In this document: positions 1-9,607 of the stretch, in pieces | How positions within the stretch are numbered: position 1 is the stretch's first letter | How the letters are laid out: the number at the start of each line of letters is the position of its first letter | Source: a candidate division TM6 bacterium GW2011_GWF2_32_72 | Lineage (GTDB): Bacteria; Babelota; Babeliae; Babelales; CAIQNR01 | NCBI GenBank assembly: GCA_945882015.1 | Contig: CAMCVM010000001.1 | Location: forward strand, 76,763 to 140,762 | Length of the DNA: 64,000 nt | Direction: 5' to 3' | Made by a program: the position numbers and the translations under genes | Notes under the pieces: generated by a model | What the model was told of the DNA's origin: nothing | What the model saw: only the letters and a program-made list of their open reading frames with translations | Database searches by the model: none

Positions 1-147
1 CTCAGTTGAAGTGATTAACGTATTACGTTGAACTTTACCCACTTCGCATTGCATTCCAAAATGCTCTGTTTGTTGACGCAAGCACCCTGTTAAAAAAAAC
101 AAAAGAAAAAGGGATAATGACAGTTTAATACCATTAACCCATTTCAT
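1..147 (-). CDS. Putative lipoprotein, N-terminal part (gene runs off the left window edge)
   Basis: ATG at 147-145; translation MKWVNGIKLSLSLFLLFFLTGCLRQQTEHF... has a hydrophobic core followed by a lipobox L-T-G-C; frame open to position 1; absent from ORF track because no stop in window. Confidence 0.45.
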   Translation of the reverse strand, partial: MKWVNGIKLSLSLFLLFFLTGCLRQQTEHFGMQCEVGKVQRNTLITSTE

Positions 148-155
148 AGACTTAA

Positions 156-590
156 TCAATCTTTGCTGATTGCTTGATTTGCTACTTTTTCATTGTGCTT
201 TTCTGCTTGCAGTGCACGTTCTTCTTTAGTAAGTACTAACTCTTTAATCCGAGCTTTTCTACCTACTCTGTCACGAACATAAAAAAGTTTTGCGCGTCTT
301 ACATCACCTCTTTTAAGCACCTTGATTGAATCAATCACTGGTGAATAATAAGGGAAAATACGTTCAACAGCAACGCTGTTTGCTCCGATTTTTCTCAAAA
401 TAAAGGTAGTCGATGCACCGTTGTTACTAAAAGCAATAACGTCACCTTCAAACACTTGAAGACGTTTTTTATCACCTTCGGTAATCCATTGAGAAAGAGC
501 AATTGAATCACCAACTGCAAATTCTGGAAATGCGCGAGGAGTTACACCTAACGCTGAAATTGTTTCTTTTGTAAGCTTTTGTGCCTTCAT
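156..590 (-). CDS. rplS: 50S ribosomal protein L19
   Basis: From ATG 590: MKAQKLTKETISALG...FPEFAVGDSI...VFEGDVIAF...RRAKLFYVRDR is typical L19; AAGGAA 4 nt upstream of this ATG; the 36-codon 5' extension in the track (to 698) overlaps the trmD 3' end and is rejected. Confidence 0.9.
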   Translation of the reverse strand: MKAQKLTKETISALGVTPRAFPEFAVGDSIALSQWITEGDKKRLQVFEGDVIAFSNNGASTTFILRKIGANSVAVERIFPYYSPVIDSIKVLKRGDVRRAKLFYVRDRVGRKARIKELVLTKEERALQAEKHNEKVANQAISKD

Positions 591-673
591 TGTTTTCCTT
601 AAGTCAAGCCTATTAATGAGCTTTGTAAAGAAGTTCTTAGAGTGATCATTATACTGTAAAAAAAACTGTTTGC

Positions 674-1969
674 CTAGTCTAAATTGATTCCCAACCATCG
701 ATCCAGAATAATGGCAATTGCAGAACGGACCGAAAGATGATTAAAATCAGAAAATCCTTGTACTGGTAGTAAAAGGTAATCAGACCGTTCTATGACCTGT
801 GGCGCAAGCCCTTTTGCTGTTCCAAAAATAAACAGAACTGGTCGTTCATGAGCCCATACCTTGCTTTGCTCGTTAAATTTAATAAGTTCAGCATGGCCCA
901 CAGATCGAGCTGAAGTCCCGACTATCAAAGGCTTTTTGCCTTCTTTTTGTTCAATACTTTCAAGTACGTCTTGTAACGAATCTTTTAACGTAACTATTTT
1001 TACTGCTTCATGCCGCTGTTTATTATAATCGATGCCTGCATTGGCCCAAAAATCTAAAACAGTGGCTACAATCTTTTTTTGATCTTGTAACGGTGTAACT
1101 AAAAAATATTCCTTAATACCATACGTTCTTCCTGAACGAGCAATATCATGAATATCTAACGAAGTAACAGACGATGTCCCTACTTGATCCTGTTGTATAA
1201 TCACTTTATCATGTAACAGTGCAATATAATGGTTAGGGATAAATTCAGTGGCAAGCTTTTTGTCTTCTTGCTTGGTGCAATGAGCACGTAACCAACCAAA
1301 ATGCTTTTTTACCGTTTGCTCTGCTGCACAACGTTTTCTAAAAAGATCAACCTGGCCATGATTTCCTGACAATAAAATTTCTGGAATAGCCTTACCATTC
1401 CATTCACGTGGAGGAACAGTAAATGTCGGAAAATCAACAAAAGATCCTGAAAAAGAATCTTCTTGAACTGATTCAGCTTTACCCACAACACCTGGTACAT
1501 AACGCAATACTGCTTCTAACAGTACCATTGCCGGTAAATCGCCGCCCATCAAAATATAGTCCCCAATTGAAATCTCAAGATCTGCATATGCCTCTTGCGC
1601 TCGAGCATCGATACCTTCGTATCTGCCGGCAACTAACATAACATGCTGTTTTTCTTGAAAAACCTGAGCAAGTTCCATTACTTTTTTTTGATTAAGCTTT
1701 TGTCCTTGAGGGGTCAAAAAAATTCGATATGCTTTGCCATGCTTTGCTTCAAGGCCATCAACCACTCGTTCCATTACTTCAGGACGAATTGCCATTCCTG
1801 AGCCATGCCCAGCTGTTTGTCCATCAAGTCGCTCTTTTGGTTGACAATAATCAGAAAAACCAGCGACATCAAACGTTACAAGCTCTTGTTCTTGAGCCCG
1901 TCCGATGAGACTGGTTTTTAAAAAATCTTGATAAAGCTTTGGAAATACCGTTACAACAGAAATCTTCAT
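674..1969 (-). CDS. trmD: tRNA (guanine37-N1)-methyltransferase TrmD fused to a C-terminal TM1570/Methyltrn_RNA_4-like SPOUT domain
   Basis: N-terminal ~235 aa: MKISVVTVFP...AGRYEGIDARA...GDYILMGGDLPAMVLLEAV...LLSGNHGQV (TrmD hallmarks). C-terminal ~180 aa: LDIHDIARSGRTYG...FGTAKGL...NHLSVRSAIAIILDRWLG (second SPOUT family). ATG overlaps rpsP stop by 1 nt (TAATG, 1967-1971). Confidence 0.85.
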   Translation of the reverse strand: MKISVVTVFPKLYQDFLKTSLIGRAQEQELVTFDVAGFSDYCQPKERLDGQTAGHGSGMAIRPEVMERVVDGLEAKHGKAYRIFLTPQGQKLNQKKVMELAQVFQEKQHVMLVAGRYEGIDARAQEAYADLEISIGDYILMGGDLPAMVLLEAVLRYVPGVVGKAESVQEDSFSGSFVDFPTFTVPPREWNGKAIPEILLSGNHGQVDLFRKRCAAEQTVKKHFGWLRAHCTKQEDKKLATEFIPNHYIALLHDKVIIQQDQVGTSSVTSLDIHDIARSGRTYGIKEYFLVTPLQDQKKIVATVLDFWANAGIDYNKQRHEAVKIVTLKDSLQDVLESIEQKEGKKPLIVGTSARSVGHAELIKFNEQSKVWAHERPVLFIFGTAKGLAPQVIERSDYLLLPVQGFSDFNHLSVRSAIAIILDRWLGINLD

Positions 1970-2298
1970 TAAGCTTTTATTGCCGCTTCTTGTGATTGAG
2001 CTTCAACTTTTGCAGCTTTAACCACTTTTTTTGTAGCAGCAGGAGCAACAGGCGCTTTTAAGCTTGTAGCATACTGTTTTTGCAATCTTTTAACCGTATC
2101 ACTTGGCAATGCACCTTTTGAAATCCATGCGTCTATTTTTTCAACGTGAAATTGAATTAGTTCACCAGTCAAAGGATTATAAGTACCAAGATTTTCCAAG
2201 TACTGACCATCACGCTTACTGCGCTTATCAATTGCTACAATTCTAAAAAATGGAGCTTTTTTCTTACCTATACGAGCAAGTCGTATCATTACTGCCAT
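1969..2298 (-). CDS. rpsP: 30S ribosomal protein S16
   Basis: From ATG 2298: MAVMIRLARIGKKKAPFFRIVAIDKRSKRDG... is a canonical S16 N-terminus; the 13 upstream codons in the track are not S16-like. Confidence 0.9.
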   Translation of the reverse strand: MAVMIRLARIGKKKAPFFRIVAIDKRSKRDGQYLENLGTYNPLTGELIQFHVEKIDAWISKGALPSDTVKRLQKQYATSLKAPVAPAATKKVVKAAKVEAQSQEAAIKA

Positions 2299-2391
2299 GC
2301 AGGGAACCTTTCGTAAACTATACGTCGTAAAAATCAATATTATGAATAAAGCAGCATATCACAGTTGTTATTTTATGCAAATGACAATAGC

Positions 2392-2922
2392 TTATGCTTG
2401 CTCCAATTGAGCTATAATTTTGGTCAATAAAAGATCAAGCGGAAATAAATGCATCGTTTGAGCAAAAGCCTCTTGTAAATCTTTAAGCTCCTGGGTTAAT
2501 TCAAGCCACTCAACCACTAATGGGCACTCTTGTTGAACTTGCTGTATAATTGTTTTTGCTTGTTCTTCTGTCAAACCAGGATTATTAAGCTTTTCCATGA
2601 GTGTATTTAATGTTTGAAATTGTGCTTGAAATTCTGGCTGAGCTGCTTTTTCATTGATTGTAGCTATCTTTTTAGATTGCTCAAGCAATAATACTTGTTC
2701 TTCCGGATTAAGCGTAGCAACAAAAGCACTGACTAATTCTTGCAAGCGACCTTCATCAGAAAAAAATTGAGCCGCTTTACGCACTAAATTTGATAGTTGA
2801 GCTTTTTCATCAAATTGCATAACAAGATCTTTAAGCCCATCAACAGCAGGAATCATCTTTGCATCTTGAGCATTGATTAAGGAAAAAGTTAACAACAAAC
2901 CGCCTAAAAAAAGTTTTTTCAT
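2392..2922 (-). CDS. Secreted hypothetical protein (helical, Q/E/L-rich)
   Basis: 176-aa ORF; N-terminus MKKLFLGGLLLTFSLINAQDA looks like a Sec signal peptide; no family recognised. Confidence 0.55.
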   Translation of the reverse strand: MKKLFLGGLLLTFSLINAQDAKMIPAVDGLKDLVMQFDEKAQLSNLVRKAAQFFSDEGRLQELVSAFVATLNPEEQVLLLEQSKKIATINEKAAQPEFQAQFQTLNTLMEKLNNPGLTEEQAKTIIQQVQQECPLVVEWLELTQELKDLQEAFAQTMHLFPLDLLLTKIIAQLEQA

Positions 2923-2976
2923 AGTAATCCTTTAGTTTGATTGAACCGAATATAAGAGTGAATCAGTATACTCTTT

Positions 2977-3004
2977 TTTACAAGTCTGCACAAATTGCTA
3001 TACT
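2977..3004 (+). promoter_or_regulatory. Candidate sigma70-type promoter for hflX
   Basis: TTTACA (2977-2982), 16-nt spacer, TATACT (2999-3004), ~50 nt upstream of ATG 3055; lies inside the track's TTG-started extension, arguing against that extension. Confidence 0.3.
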
Positions 3005-3054
3005 GTCTAAAAAGATCTTTTGATTCTTTTTTATTTACTTGTAAAGGAACAACC

Positions 3055-4188
3055 ATGACCAAACCAAAAAAATATGATACTAAAGTCGCCCCTAAAACCC
3101 TTCTTTTAATGGTTGAAACCCCTTACAACCCAACTAAATCAATTGAATCATATTGCGATGAATTTGTGCACTTAGTAAAATCAAATGAAATTGAATACCA
3201 TGAATCAATCCGTATTAAATTGCGCGAAATCGATTCTGGCTATTTTTTAACCAGCGGAAAATTAGAAGAAATTAGAAAAATTTGTCATGAACAAGACATT
3301 GAAGAAGTGATTATTTCTGAACCGTTGACCCCTCGACAAGAGCGCAATTTAGCTGAACTTTTTAATTGTCGTGTTTTTGACAGAACACAATTGATTCTTG
3401 AAATCTTTGAAAAATCTGCTCATTCAGCAGAAGGTAAATTCCAAGTCCAGATTGCAATGCTGAATTACAAAAAATCACGCATTGCAGGAAAAGGTGCCCA
3501 AATGTCACAACAAGGTGGCGGTATTGGTACTCGCGGACCTGGTGAAACAGCAAAAGAAAAAGAATTACGTCATATTGAAGAGCATATTTTTAAAAATAAA
3601 AAACATTTAAAAACATTAGCTAATACTCGTGATATTCAACGCAAGCAAAGAAACGAATCTAACATTGCTCAAATCTGTTTGATTGGATACACCAATACCG
3701 GTAAATCAACACTGTTTAATCTTTTGGCAAAAGCTGATGTGCTTGCTCAAGACCGTTTATTTGCAACACTTGATACGACAACACGTGAACTGTTTATTGA
3801 TGGCAAGAAAAAAGGCGTTATTTCTGATACGGTTGGATTTATTCAACAACTTCCTCACACCTTGATCAATGCTTTTAAATCAACCCTTGATGAACTGAAA
3901 TATGCTGACTTATTATTGCACATTATTGATATTGCAGATTCCAATTGGAAAGAACATATTGCAGTAGTGCATCAAATTTTACATGAACTGAATGTAAAAA
4001 AAGATATGGTCTATGTGTTTAACAAAGCAGATAAACCAGAAGAATTGCATGCTCCTGTTTTAGAACGCGAAATTTTTCAACCCAATGTTGTAATTTCTGC
4101 ACATTCTAAAGAAGGGATTAAGCCACTGATTGAATTTTTAAGTACCTGGCAAAAAAAAGATTCTGAAATTGCTGTAAAAAATAGTTGA
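3055..4188 (+). CDS. hflX: GTPase HflX
   Basis: ATG 3055 preceded by AAAGGAA; HflX N-domain (RQERNLAELF...RTQLILEIF...AHSAEGKFQVQIAML) then G-domain GYTNTGKST...DTVGF...NKAD. Confidence 0.85.
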   Translation: MTKPKKYDTKVAPKTLLLMVETPYNPTKSIESYCDEFVHLVKSNEIEYHESIRIKLREIDSGYFLTSGKLEEIRKICHEQDIEEVIISEPLTPRQERNLAELFNCRVFDRTQLILEIFEKSAHSAEGKFQVQIAMLNYKKSRIAGKGAQMSQQGGGIGTRGPGETAKEKELRHIEEHIFKNKKHLKTLANTRDIQRKQRNESNIAQICLIGYTNTGKSTLFNLLAKADVLAQDRLFATLDTTTRELFIDGKKKGVISDTVGFIQQLPHTLINAFKSTLDELKYADLLLHIIDIADSNWKEHIAVVHQILHELNVKKDMVYVFNKADKPEELHAPVLEREIFQPNVVISAHSKEGIKPLIEFLSTWQKKDSEIAVKNS

Positions 4189-4260
4189 TTCAATCAGAAA
4201 AAAATGTTCATACTGGTATCGGAAGTTTTTAATTAAATTTTTTATAAAAAAGGTACTAGT

Positions 4261-4980
4261 ATGAACAAAAAAATCGTATTCTCGATTATGCTTTTGCTAT
4301 CAACAACTTCTCATGTTTTTCGTGCAGCAGAAGGAGGACCTGCTCAGGATTTTGCAGCTCTAAAATTAGAGCTCACTCGTTTAAGAGCTGAACAAGAAGC
4401 TGCATATCTAGCTGAATTGAAGGGCTTTATAGCAACATGTAAAGACGAAAATAAAGAACTTGAAGCTCTTGCTGCGACACAAAAAGAATTAGCGGCGGCT
4501 ATAGCTGAAAAAGAAACTCTTAAAACTAACCGCAAAAACTCAGAAGGACTCTACACTGCTCAAGTAGCAGCTTTAAATAAAGAAATAGAAGCTCTTACTC
4601 AAAAAATTAATACTTTGCAACAAGCGTTAACTGAATCTCAAGCAAACTATGAAACAGAAGAAGCAACGTACAAGCAGAAACGCAATAAACTTAATAAAGA
4701 AACCTTAAGATGGAGAAAAGAAGAAAGTCGTTGTTTAGAACTAATAGCAGAACTTCAGGTTAAAACTACTCAGGCACAAGCTGCGGTCATAGCCGCTGGT
4801 GCACAACTGAATGCAACAAAAGCTGAACGCCTTAAACTAAAAGGTGGACTGAGTTGGACAGCAACTTTTGGATTAGCAACTGACACAGATAAAGCGGTTG
4901 ATTTAAGTACTATTGAAAGTTATTCCCCTAAAAGAGCAGTTGCTCTTCCTGGAGCGCATGAATCACAACAGAATTCTTAA
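4261..4980 (+). CDS. Secreted coiled-coil protein, hypothetical
   Basis: Signal-like N-terminus MNKKIVFSIMLLLSTTSHVFRAAEG; long A/E/L/K/Q heptad-like stretch; followed by a strong terminator. Confidence 0.6.
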   Translation: MNKKIVFSIMLLLSTTSHVFRAAEGGPAQDFAALKLELTRLRAEQEAAYLAELKGFIATCKDENKELEALAATQKELAAAIAEKETLKTNRKNSEGLYTAQVAALNKEIEALTQKINTLQQALTESQANYETEEATYKQKRNKLNKETLRWRKEESRCLELIAELQVKTTQAQAAVIAAGAQLNATKAERLKLKGGLSWTATFGLATDTDKAVDLSTIESYSPKRAVALPGAHESQQNS

Positions 4981-4990
4981 ATAAGACAAA

Positions 4991-5031
4991 ATAGAAAGAG
5001 GCCTTGAAATTCAGGGCCTCTTTCTATTTTC
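4991..5031 (+). terminator. Rho-independent terminator
   Basis: Perfect 13-bp stem ATAGAAAGAGGCC (4991-5003) / GGCCTCTTTCTAT (5015-5027), 11-nt loop, then TTT. Confidence 0.7.
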
Positions 5032-5151
5032 TAGACTATTTGCATAAATTTTTTTTTAAAAACTCTATCAAATTATAAGCCTTTCATGTTACATCATTAT
5101 CACAGTGAAAAGTTTTTGATGCCTTTCAAATCAAGGGATAGGGGAATTGTC

Positions 5152-5988
5152 ATGAAAAGAGCTTTTTTTTTAATGATTTTATTATACTGCTCTCAAAATT
5201 ATGCAGCAGCAAGCGCTCCTTGGCTAACGGAAGAAGATATTATGGAAGTTCAACAACTCGGAACTTCGCATCCTTCAAATCAGCCATCCCCAGAAGCACT
5301 TGCTCAATTACAATGGCAAGCTGATCAATATCAAAGATCTTTACGTCAAACAGCCTCAACACAAGATGGACAAAGACATCGTGGCGCATGGGTTGCGCCA
5401 GTCGCTGAACAAACAGTTGTCCCCACAGCCCCAGCTAAAACGCCTCGTCAAAAACATCAAACCCATAAAAGACAGCGCTCAAATAGTGAGCCAACTGATC
5501 TAGTTAACCCAATGAGCCCACCGCCTTTTGAACATTTTACTACTGAGGTTACTGATGCAAGTCTTTTAGTTGCTTTGAAAGCACTTGAAGAGATGGAAAC
5601 AAATGCGCATCAGCTTTTTCAACTTGCTAAACAAGCATTACAAGAAGGACAACAAAGACATAAAGAATTATTAGCAACTGAAATACAAACAGAGCTTCCA
5701 AAAAGAACTGGGGTAGCAAAATTTCTTAATTTAGTTCAAAGTCAAAGAAAGCGATTAGAGCAACATCTTGATGGACAAACTAAACAACATGCTCAGCTGC
5801 AGGCAAACTCAGGACGAGCTCTTAATATATTAATTGCAACAGTTTTAAACGCAAAGACTGTTCTTGAAGATTTACAAAGTAAAGTAGAAAGTAAATCTGA
5901 AAGAACTGCTGCAAGGCAAGAACAATTACGTCAAAGAGCACATTCAACAAGCGGTTCACCTCGACTCTCAATGGTAAAAAGAACTTAG
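5152..5988 (+). CDS. Secreted hypothetical protein with basic P/T/Q-rich linker and C-terminal coiled coil
   Basis: ATG 5152 preceded by AGGGGA; MKRAFFLMILLYCSQNYAAASAP signal-like; the 22 upstream codons in the track have no RBS support. Confidence 0.55.
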   Translation: MKRAFFLMILLYCSQNYAAASAPWLTEEDIMEVQQLGTSHPSNQPSPEALAQLQWQADQYQRSLRQTASTQDGQRHRGAWVAPVAEQTVVPTAPAKTPRQKHQTHKRQRSNSEPTDLVNPMSPPPFEHFTTEVTDASLLVALKALEEMETNAHQLFQLAKQALQEGQQRHKELLATEIQTELPKRTGVAKFLNLVQSQRKRLEQHLDGQTKQHAQLQANSGRALNILIATVLNAKTVLEDLQSKVESKSERTAARQEQLRQRAHSTSGSPRLSMVKRT

Positions 5989-6069
5989 CACCAATTTTGT
6001 AACTGAATAAAAGCATGCTACACTAACTATGCTGTATTAATTCACTTTTACTTTAGTAGCTGGGACAAC

Positions 6070-8295
6070 GTGTCAGATTTTGAGAAATTTATTCAACAAG
6101 ATTTAAACAAAGCACAACGCGCTGCCGTTGAAAAAACAGTTGGGCCTTTGCTGGTAATAGCAGGAGCTGGTTCTGGTAAAACTCGAGTTATTACTGCTCG
6201 TATTGCGTATCTGTTACAAAAAGAACAGGTCCATCCGGCTCAAATTGTAGCACTGACATTTACCAATAAAGCTGCCAATGAAATGAAAGAACGTATTGCT
6301 CATTTTCTTGGCAAACATGCAGGTATGCCGTTTGTTGGAACATTCCATTCATATTGTTTGTATTTACTCAAAACACATGTACATTTATTACCGTTTTCTG
6401 AATTTTCTATTTTAGATGAAGATGACAAACGGTCTATGATTACCAAACTGTTAAAACACAGCCCACTTTACAAAAAGCATACAGCACAACAACTTTCGTA
6501 TTCTATTTCTTTAATTAAAAATCAACTGGCTCACCCTAACCAATCAATTGAAGATGCGGTTCAAAACCAAGCTTTATTTGAATTATATTGTGGGTATGAA
6601 AAAGAAAAAAAAGCGAGTAACTGCTTTGATTTTGATGACTTATTACTTGAGGCCGTAAAACTTTTTGATCATGCACAATTTCAACGCGACCATCAAAATA
6701 AAGTACGTCATGTTTTAATCGATGAGTACCAAGATACCAACGTAATACAGCACACATTGCTTAAAAAGATGGCGCTTGAAGATTCACAACTTGCTATTGA
6801 TTCAGTCTGCGCAGTTGGTGATGAAGACCAGTCAATTTATTCTTGGCGTGGTGCAACAGTTGACAACATTGTCCATTTTCAAAAAGATTTTAAAGGGACA
6901 GAGCACATCAAGATTGAACAAAATTACCGTTCAAAACAACCGATTTTAACGGTTGCTAATCATGTCATTAGTAATAATAAAAATCGTAATGAAAAAAAAT
7001 TATGGTCAGAACGGGATGGTAACGATTGCGTCAGAATGATTCGCTGTCTTTCTGGATATCAAGAAGCAGACATTATTGCTCGGTATTGTAAGATTTTACA
7101 AAACCACAAACGACTGCATGCAACTGCAATTTTGTATCGAACCCATTTTCAATCAAGAACATTAGAAGAAGCCTTAATTAAACATTCTATTCCTTACCAA
7201 TTAATTGGTGGAATTCGCTTTTATGAACGAAAAGAAATTAGAGATATTATTGCCTATTTACGGTTAATTATTAATCCATTTGATCGTATTGCATTTGAGC
7301 GCGCTATCAACTGCCCACCCCGTGGTCTTGGTGAAAAATTTGTAGAACAGTTTTTTGAACTCTGGGATGAACAACCATTTTTAGATGTTAAAGGCGTATT
7401 TAAAAAAATTGTTGATGATGGAATAATAACTGGTTCAAAACTAGAAAGTCTTACACAATTTTTTAAACTTTTTGTTGATACGACTGCAACATCATCGGCA
7501 ACCGAAACGATTGCAAAGATATTAACAACTATTGGATATCTTGATTATCTTAAAAAAAGTTGTGAACCAGAAGAAGCACAAAGTCGACAAGAAAATATTA
7601 AAGAATTATTAAATGCTGCTCACTTTTTTGCCAATCAAGGCAAAGGAACCATCAGCGCATTACTTGATGAAGTTTCTTTATTGCAAGAAAAAGGCGCAGA
7701 AGATGATGCTGAACAAGATGCTGTCTTACTCATGACACTGCATGCGGCAAAAGGTCTTGAATTTGATAACGTTATCATTACTGGGCTTGAAGAAAATCTT
7801 TTTCCATCTTCACGCTCGTTAAATGACACGAACCAACTTGAAGAAGAACGGCGCTTATTTTATGTAGGTATTACACGAGCTCGTAATCGATTAGTGTTGA
7901 CCACAGCACGTTATCGACAAACCTATGGCCAAATGGAACAAGTTGGGCCTTCTCGCTTTTTAAAAGAAGTTCCAACCAATTTATGCAAAGCCGATGACGC
8001 AAGTTCATGGCAACAATATGAGGTAACTTCTTATTTTTCACAATGGCTTGGATATGCAACAGCTAATCCTGAAGTTATGGTATTTCAAAGCTTTAAAGCG
8101 CCAGAAACTGTTACGGCAAACAATAATCAAAAATCCGAAGGCGTTACTTTTAAAAAGCATCAAACGATTAAGCATACCACTTTTGGAATCGGAGTTGTTC
8201 AGGATATTGAATACAAACAATCAAAGACGTTTGTAACTGCTCAATTTAAAATTGGGATTAAAAAGCTTGATGCCAAATTTATTAAAACTGTTTAA
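6070..8295 (+). CDS. ATP-dependent DNA helicase, UvrD/PcrA/Rep family
   Basis: GTG start; SF1 motifs AGAGSGKT, TFTNKAANEM, VLIDEYQDTN, GDEDQSIYSWRGA, QNYRS, LMTLHAAKGLEF, YVGITRAR. Confidence 0.9.
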   Translation: MSDFEKFIQQDLNKAQRAAVEKTVGPLLVIAGAGSGKTRVITARIAYLLQKEQVHPAQIVALTFTNKAANEMKERIAHFLGKHAGMPFVGTFHSYCLYLLKTHVHLLPFSEFSILDEDDKRSMITKLLKHSPLYKKHTAQQLSYSISLIKNQLAHPNQSIEDAVQNQALFELYCGYEKEKKASNCFDFDDLLLEAVKLFDHAQFQRDHQNKVRHVLIDEYQDTNVIQHTLLKKMALEDSQLAIDSVCAVGDEDQSIYSWRGATVDNIVHFQKDFKGTEHIKIEQNYRSKQPILTVANHVISNNKNRNEKKLWSERDGNDCVRMIRCLSGYQEADIIARYCKILQNHKRLHATAILYRTHFQSRTLEEALIKHSIPYQLIGGIRFYERKEIRDIIAYLRLIINPFDRIAFERAINCPPRGLGEKFVEQFFELWDEQPFLDVKGVFKKIVDDGIITGSKLESLTQFFKLFVDTTATSSATETIAKILTTIGYLDYLKKSCEPEEAQSRQENIKELLNAAHFFANQGKGTISALLDEVSLLQEKGAEDDAEQDAVLLMTLHAAKGLEFDNVIITGLEENLFPSSRSLNDTNQLEEERRLFYVGITRARNRLVLTTARYRQTYGQMEQVGPSRFLKEVPTNLCKADDASSWQQYEVTSYFSQWLGYATANPEVMVFQSFKAPETVTANNNQKSEGVTFKKHQTIKHTTFGIGVVQDIEYKQSKTFVTAQFKIGIKKLDAKFIKTV

Positions 8296-8472
8296 TTATA
8301 AAATAGAACATTGCCGCAATGGTTTTTGAATAACTTGCACATTACCAGACCATAAAAGAACAATTGGGACAATTAAAAGAATCATAATAATGGTACATGA
8401 AAATATACTAAATTTTTGATTAATTAATTGATTTAATCGATTTTTTGATGTTTTGAACACATGCTTTTTCAT
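8296..8472 (-). CDS. Small single-pass membrane protein, hypothetical (58 aa)
   Basis: ATG 8472 with AAAGGAAAA upstream; MKKHVFKTSKNRL...IFSCTIIMILLIVPIVLLW; its stop codon (8296-8298) directly abuts the helicase stop (8293-8295). Confidence 0.3.
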   Translation of the reverse strand: MKKHVFKTSKNRLNQLINQKFSIFSCTIIMILLIVPIVLLWSGNVQVIQKPLRQCSIL

Positions 8473-8598
8473 ACTGTTTTTCCTTTGTTTGCTGTAATTA
8501 TCAATACATAAAACAGTAACACAGTACAAACTTTGATTACAAGAGTCTTAAAGAAATTTAGATCGTCACGCTTGCCTCAGGATGAGATTTTGCTCTGA

Positions 8599-9597
8599 CT
8601 AATAAACTAAATGCATTGCTTGCTTTATTTGAGTTAAAACATTCTGCGAAGTTTCATGGGCATGGCCAGTCCCCTTTAATAAAATTTCACGCAAATATGC
8701 TGTATCTTTTGTATATTCCTGCCGACATGTTCTGATCGGATCTAAAAAAGCATTTAACTGCTCAAGTAAATAATTTTTTACTTTCATATCACCCAGCCCA
8801 CCTTTTTGATACTGGTCTTTCAGTTCTTGAACCTTCTGTTTATCAGTTGCAAAAATATCAAGATATTCAAAAACGGTATTACCCTCTAGTTTGCCTGGAT
8901 CGTCCACTTTAATATGATTGGGATCCGTGTACATTGCACGCACTTTTTGAGCAACTTCATCAGCGGTATCTTTTAAAAAGATTGCATTGCCTAATGATTT
9001 AGACATTTTTGCTTGACCATCAATTCCACTCAACCGTGCAGTTTTAGTGATTAAAGCTTCAGCTTCTTTTAAAACATTGGTTTTATAAATACGATTAAAT
9101 GAACGCACAATTTCATTAGTTTGTTCAATCATAGGAAGCTGATCTTGTCCAACAGGTACAACCGTTGCTTGAAAGGCAGTAATGTCTGCCGCCTGATTAA
9201 TCGGATAATTAACAAAACCTGCTGTAACCGTATCACCGTATCCTTTTTGCTTAATTTCATTTTTAACCGTTGGATTACGCTGCACTCTAGCTAACGTTAC
9301 CAAGTTCATGTAATACATTGTCAATTCTGGAATTGCAGGAATCATTGATTGAATAAAAATAGTTGTTTTGTCAGGATCAATCCCAACAGCAAGATAATCT
9401 GCCAAAACTTCATACACATTATTGTGCACTTTTTCAGGGTTTTCAAAATTATCGGTCAACGCTTGAACATCGGCAATCATTACATACTGCTGCGTAGTTT
9501 CTTGCAAAGCAACTCTGCTTACCAAAGAACCAACATAATGCCCTAGATGTAATGGGCCACTTGGCCTGTCCCCTGTTAAAACAACTGTTTTTTTCAT
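8599..9597 (-). CDS. trpS: Tryptophan--tRNA ligase
   Basis: [23 protein letters not shown] (HIGH-type motif), KMSKSLGN (KMSKS); ATG 9597 preferred over the TTG at 9615, which would overlap the upstream gene. Confidence 0.9.
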   Translation of the reverse strand: MKKTVVLTGDRPSGPLHLGHYVGSLVSRVALQETTQQYVMIADVQALTDNFENPEKVHNNVYEVLADYLAVGIDPDKTTIFIQSMIPAIPELTMYYMNLVTLARVQRNPTVKNEIKQKGYGDTVTAGFVNYPINQAADITAFQATVVPVGQDQLPMIEQTNEIVRSFNRIYKTNVLKEAEALITKTARLSGIDGQAKMSKSLGNAIFLKDTADEVAQKVRAMYTDPNHIKVDDPGKLEGNTVFEYLDIFATDKQKVQELKDQYQKGGLGDMKVKNYLLEQLNAFLDPIRTCRQEYTKDTAYLREILLKGTGHAHETSQNVLTQIKQAMHLVY

Positions 9598-9607
9598 AAA
9601 ATCTTTC

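Noticed and set aside
591-698. 5' extension of the rplS ORF (track start at 698)
   Set aside because: The extension overlaps the trmD 3' end, is not L19-like, and the internal ATG at 590 has an AAGGAA RBS and gives a canonical L19 N-terminus.
1309-1641. 63-aa (-) and 72-aa (+) ORFs inside trmD
   Set aside because: They are alternative-frame or antisense ORFs within a strongly supported conserved gene, with low-complexity translations.
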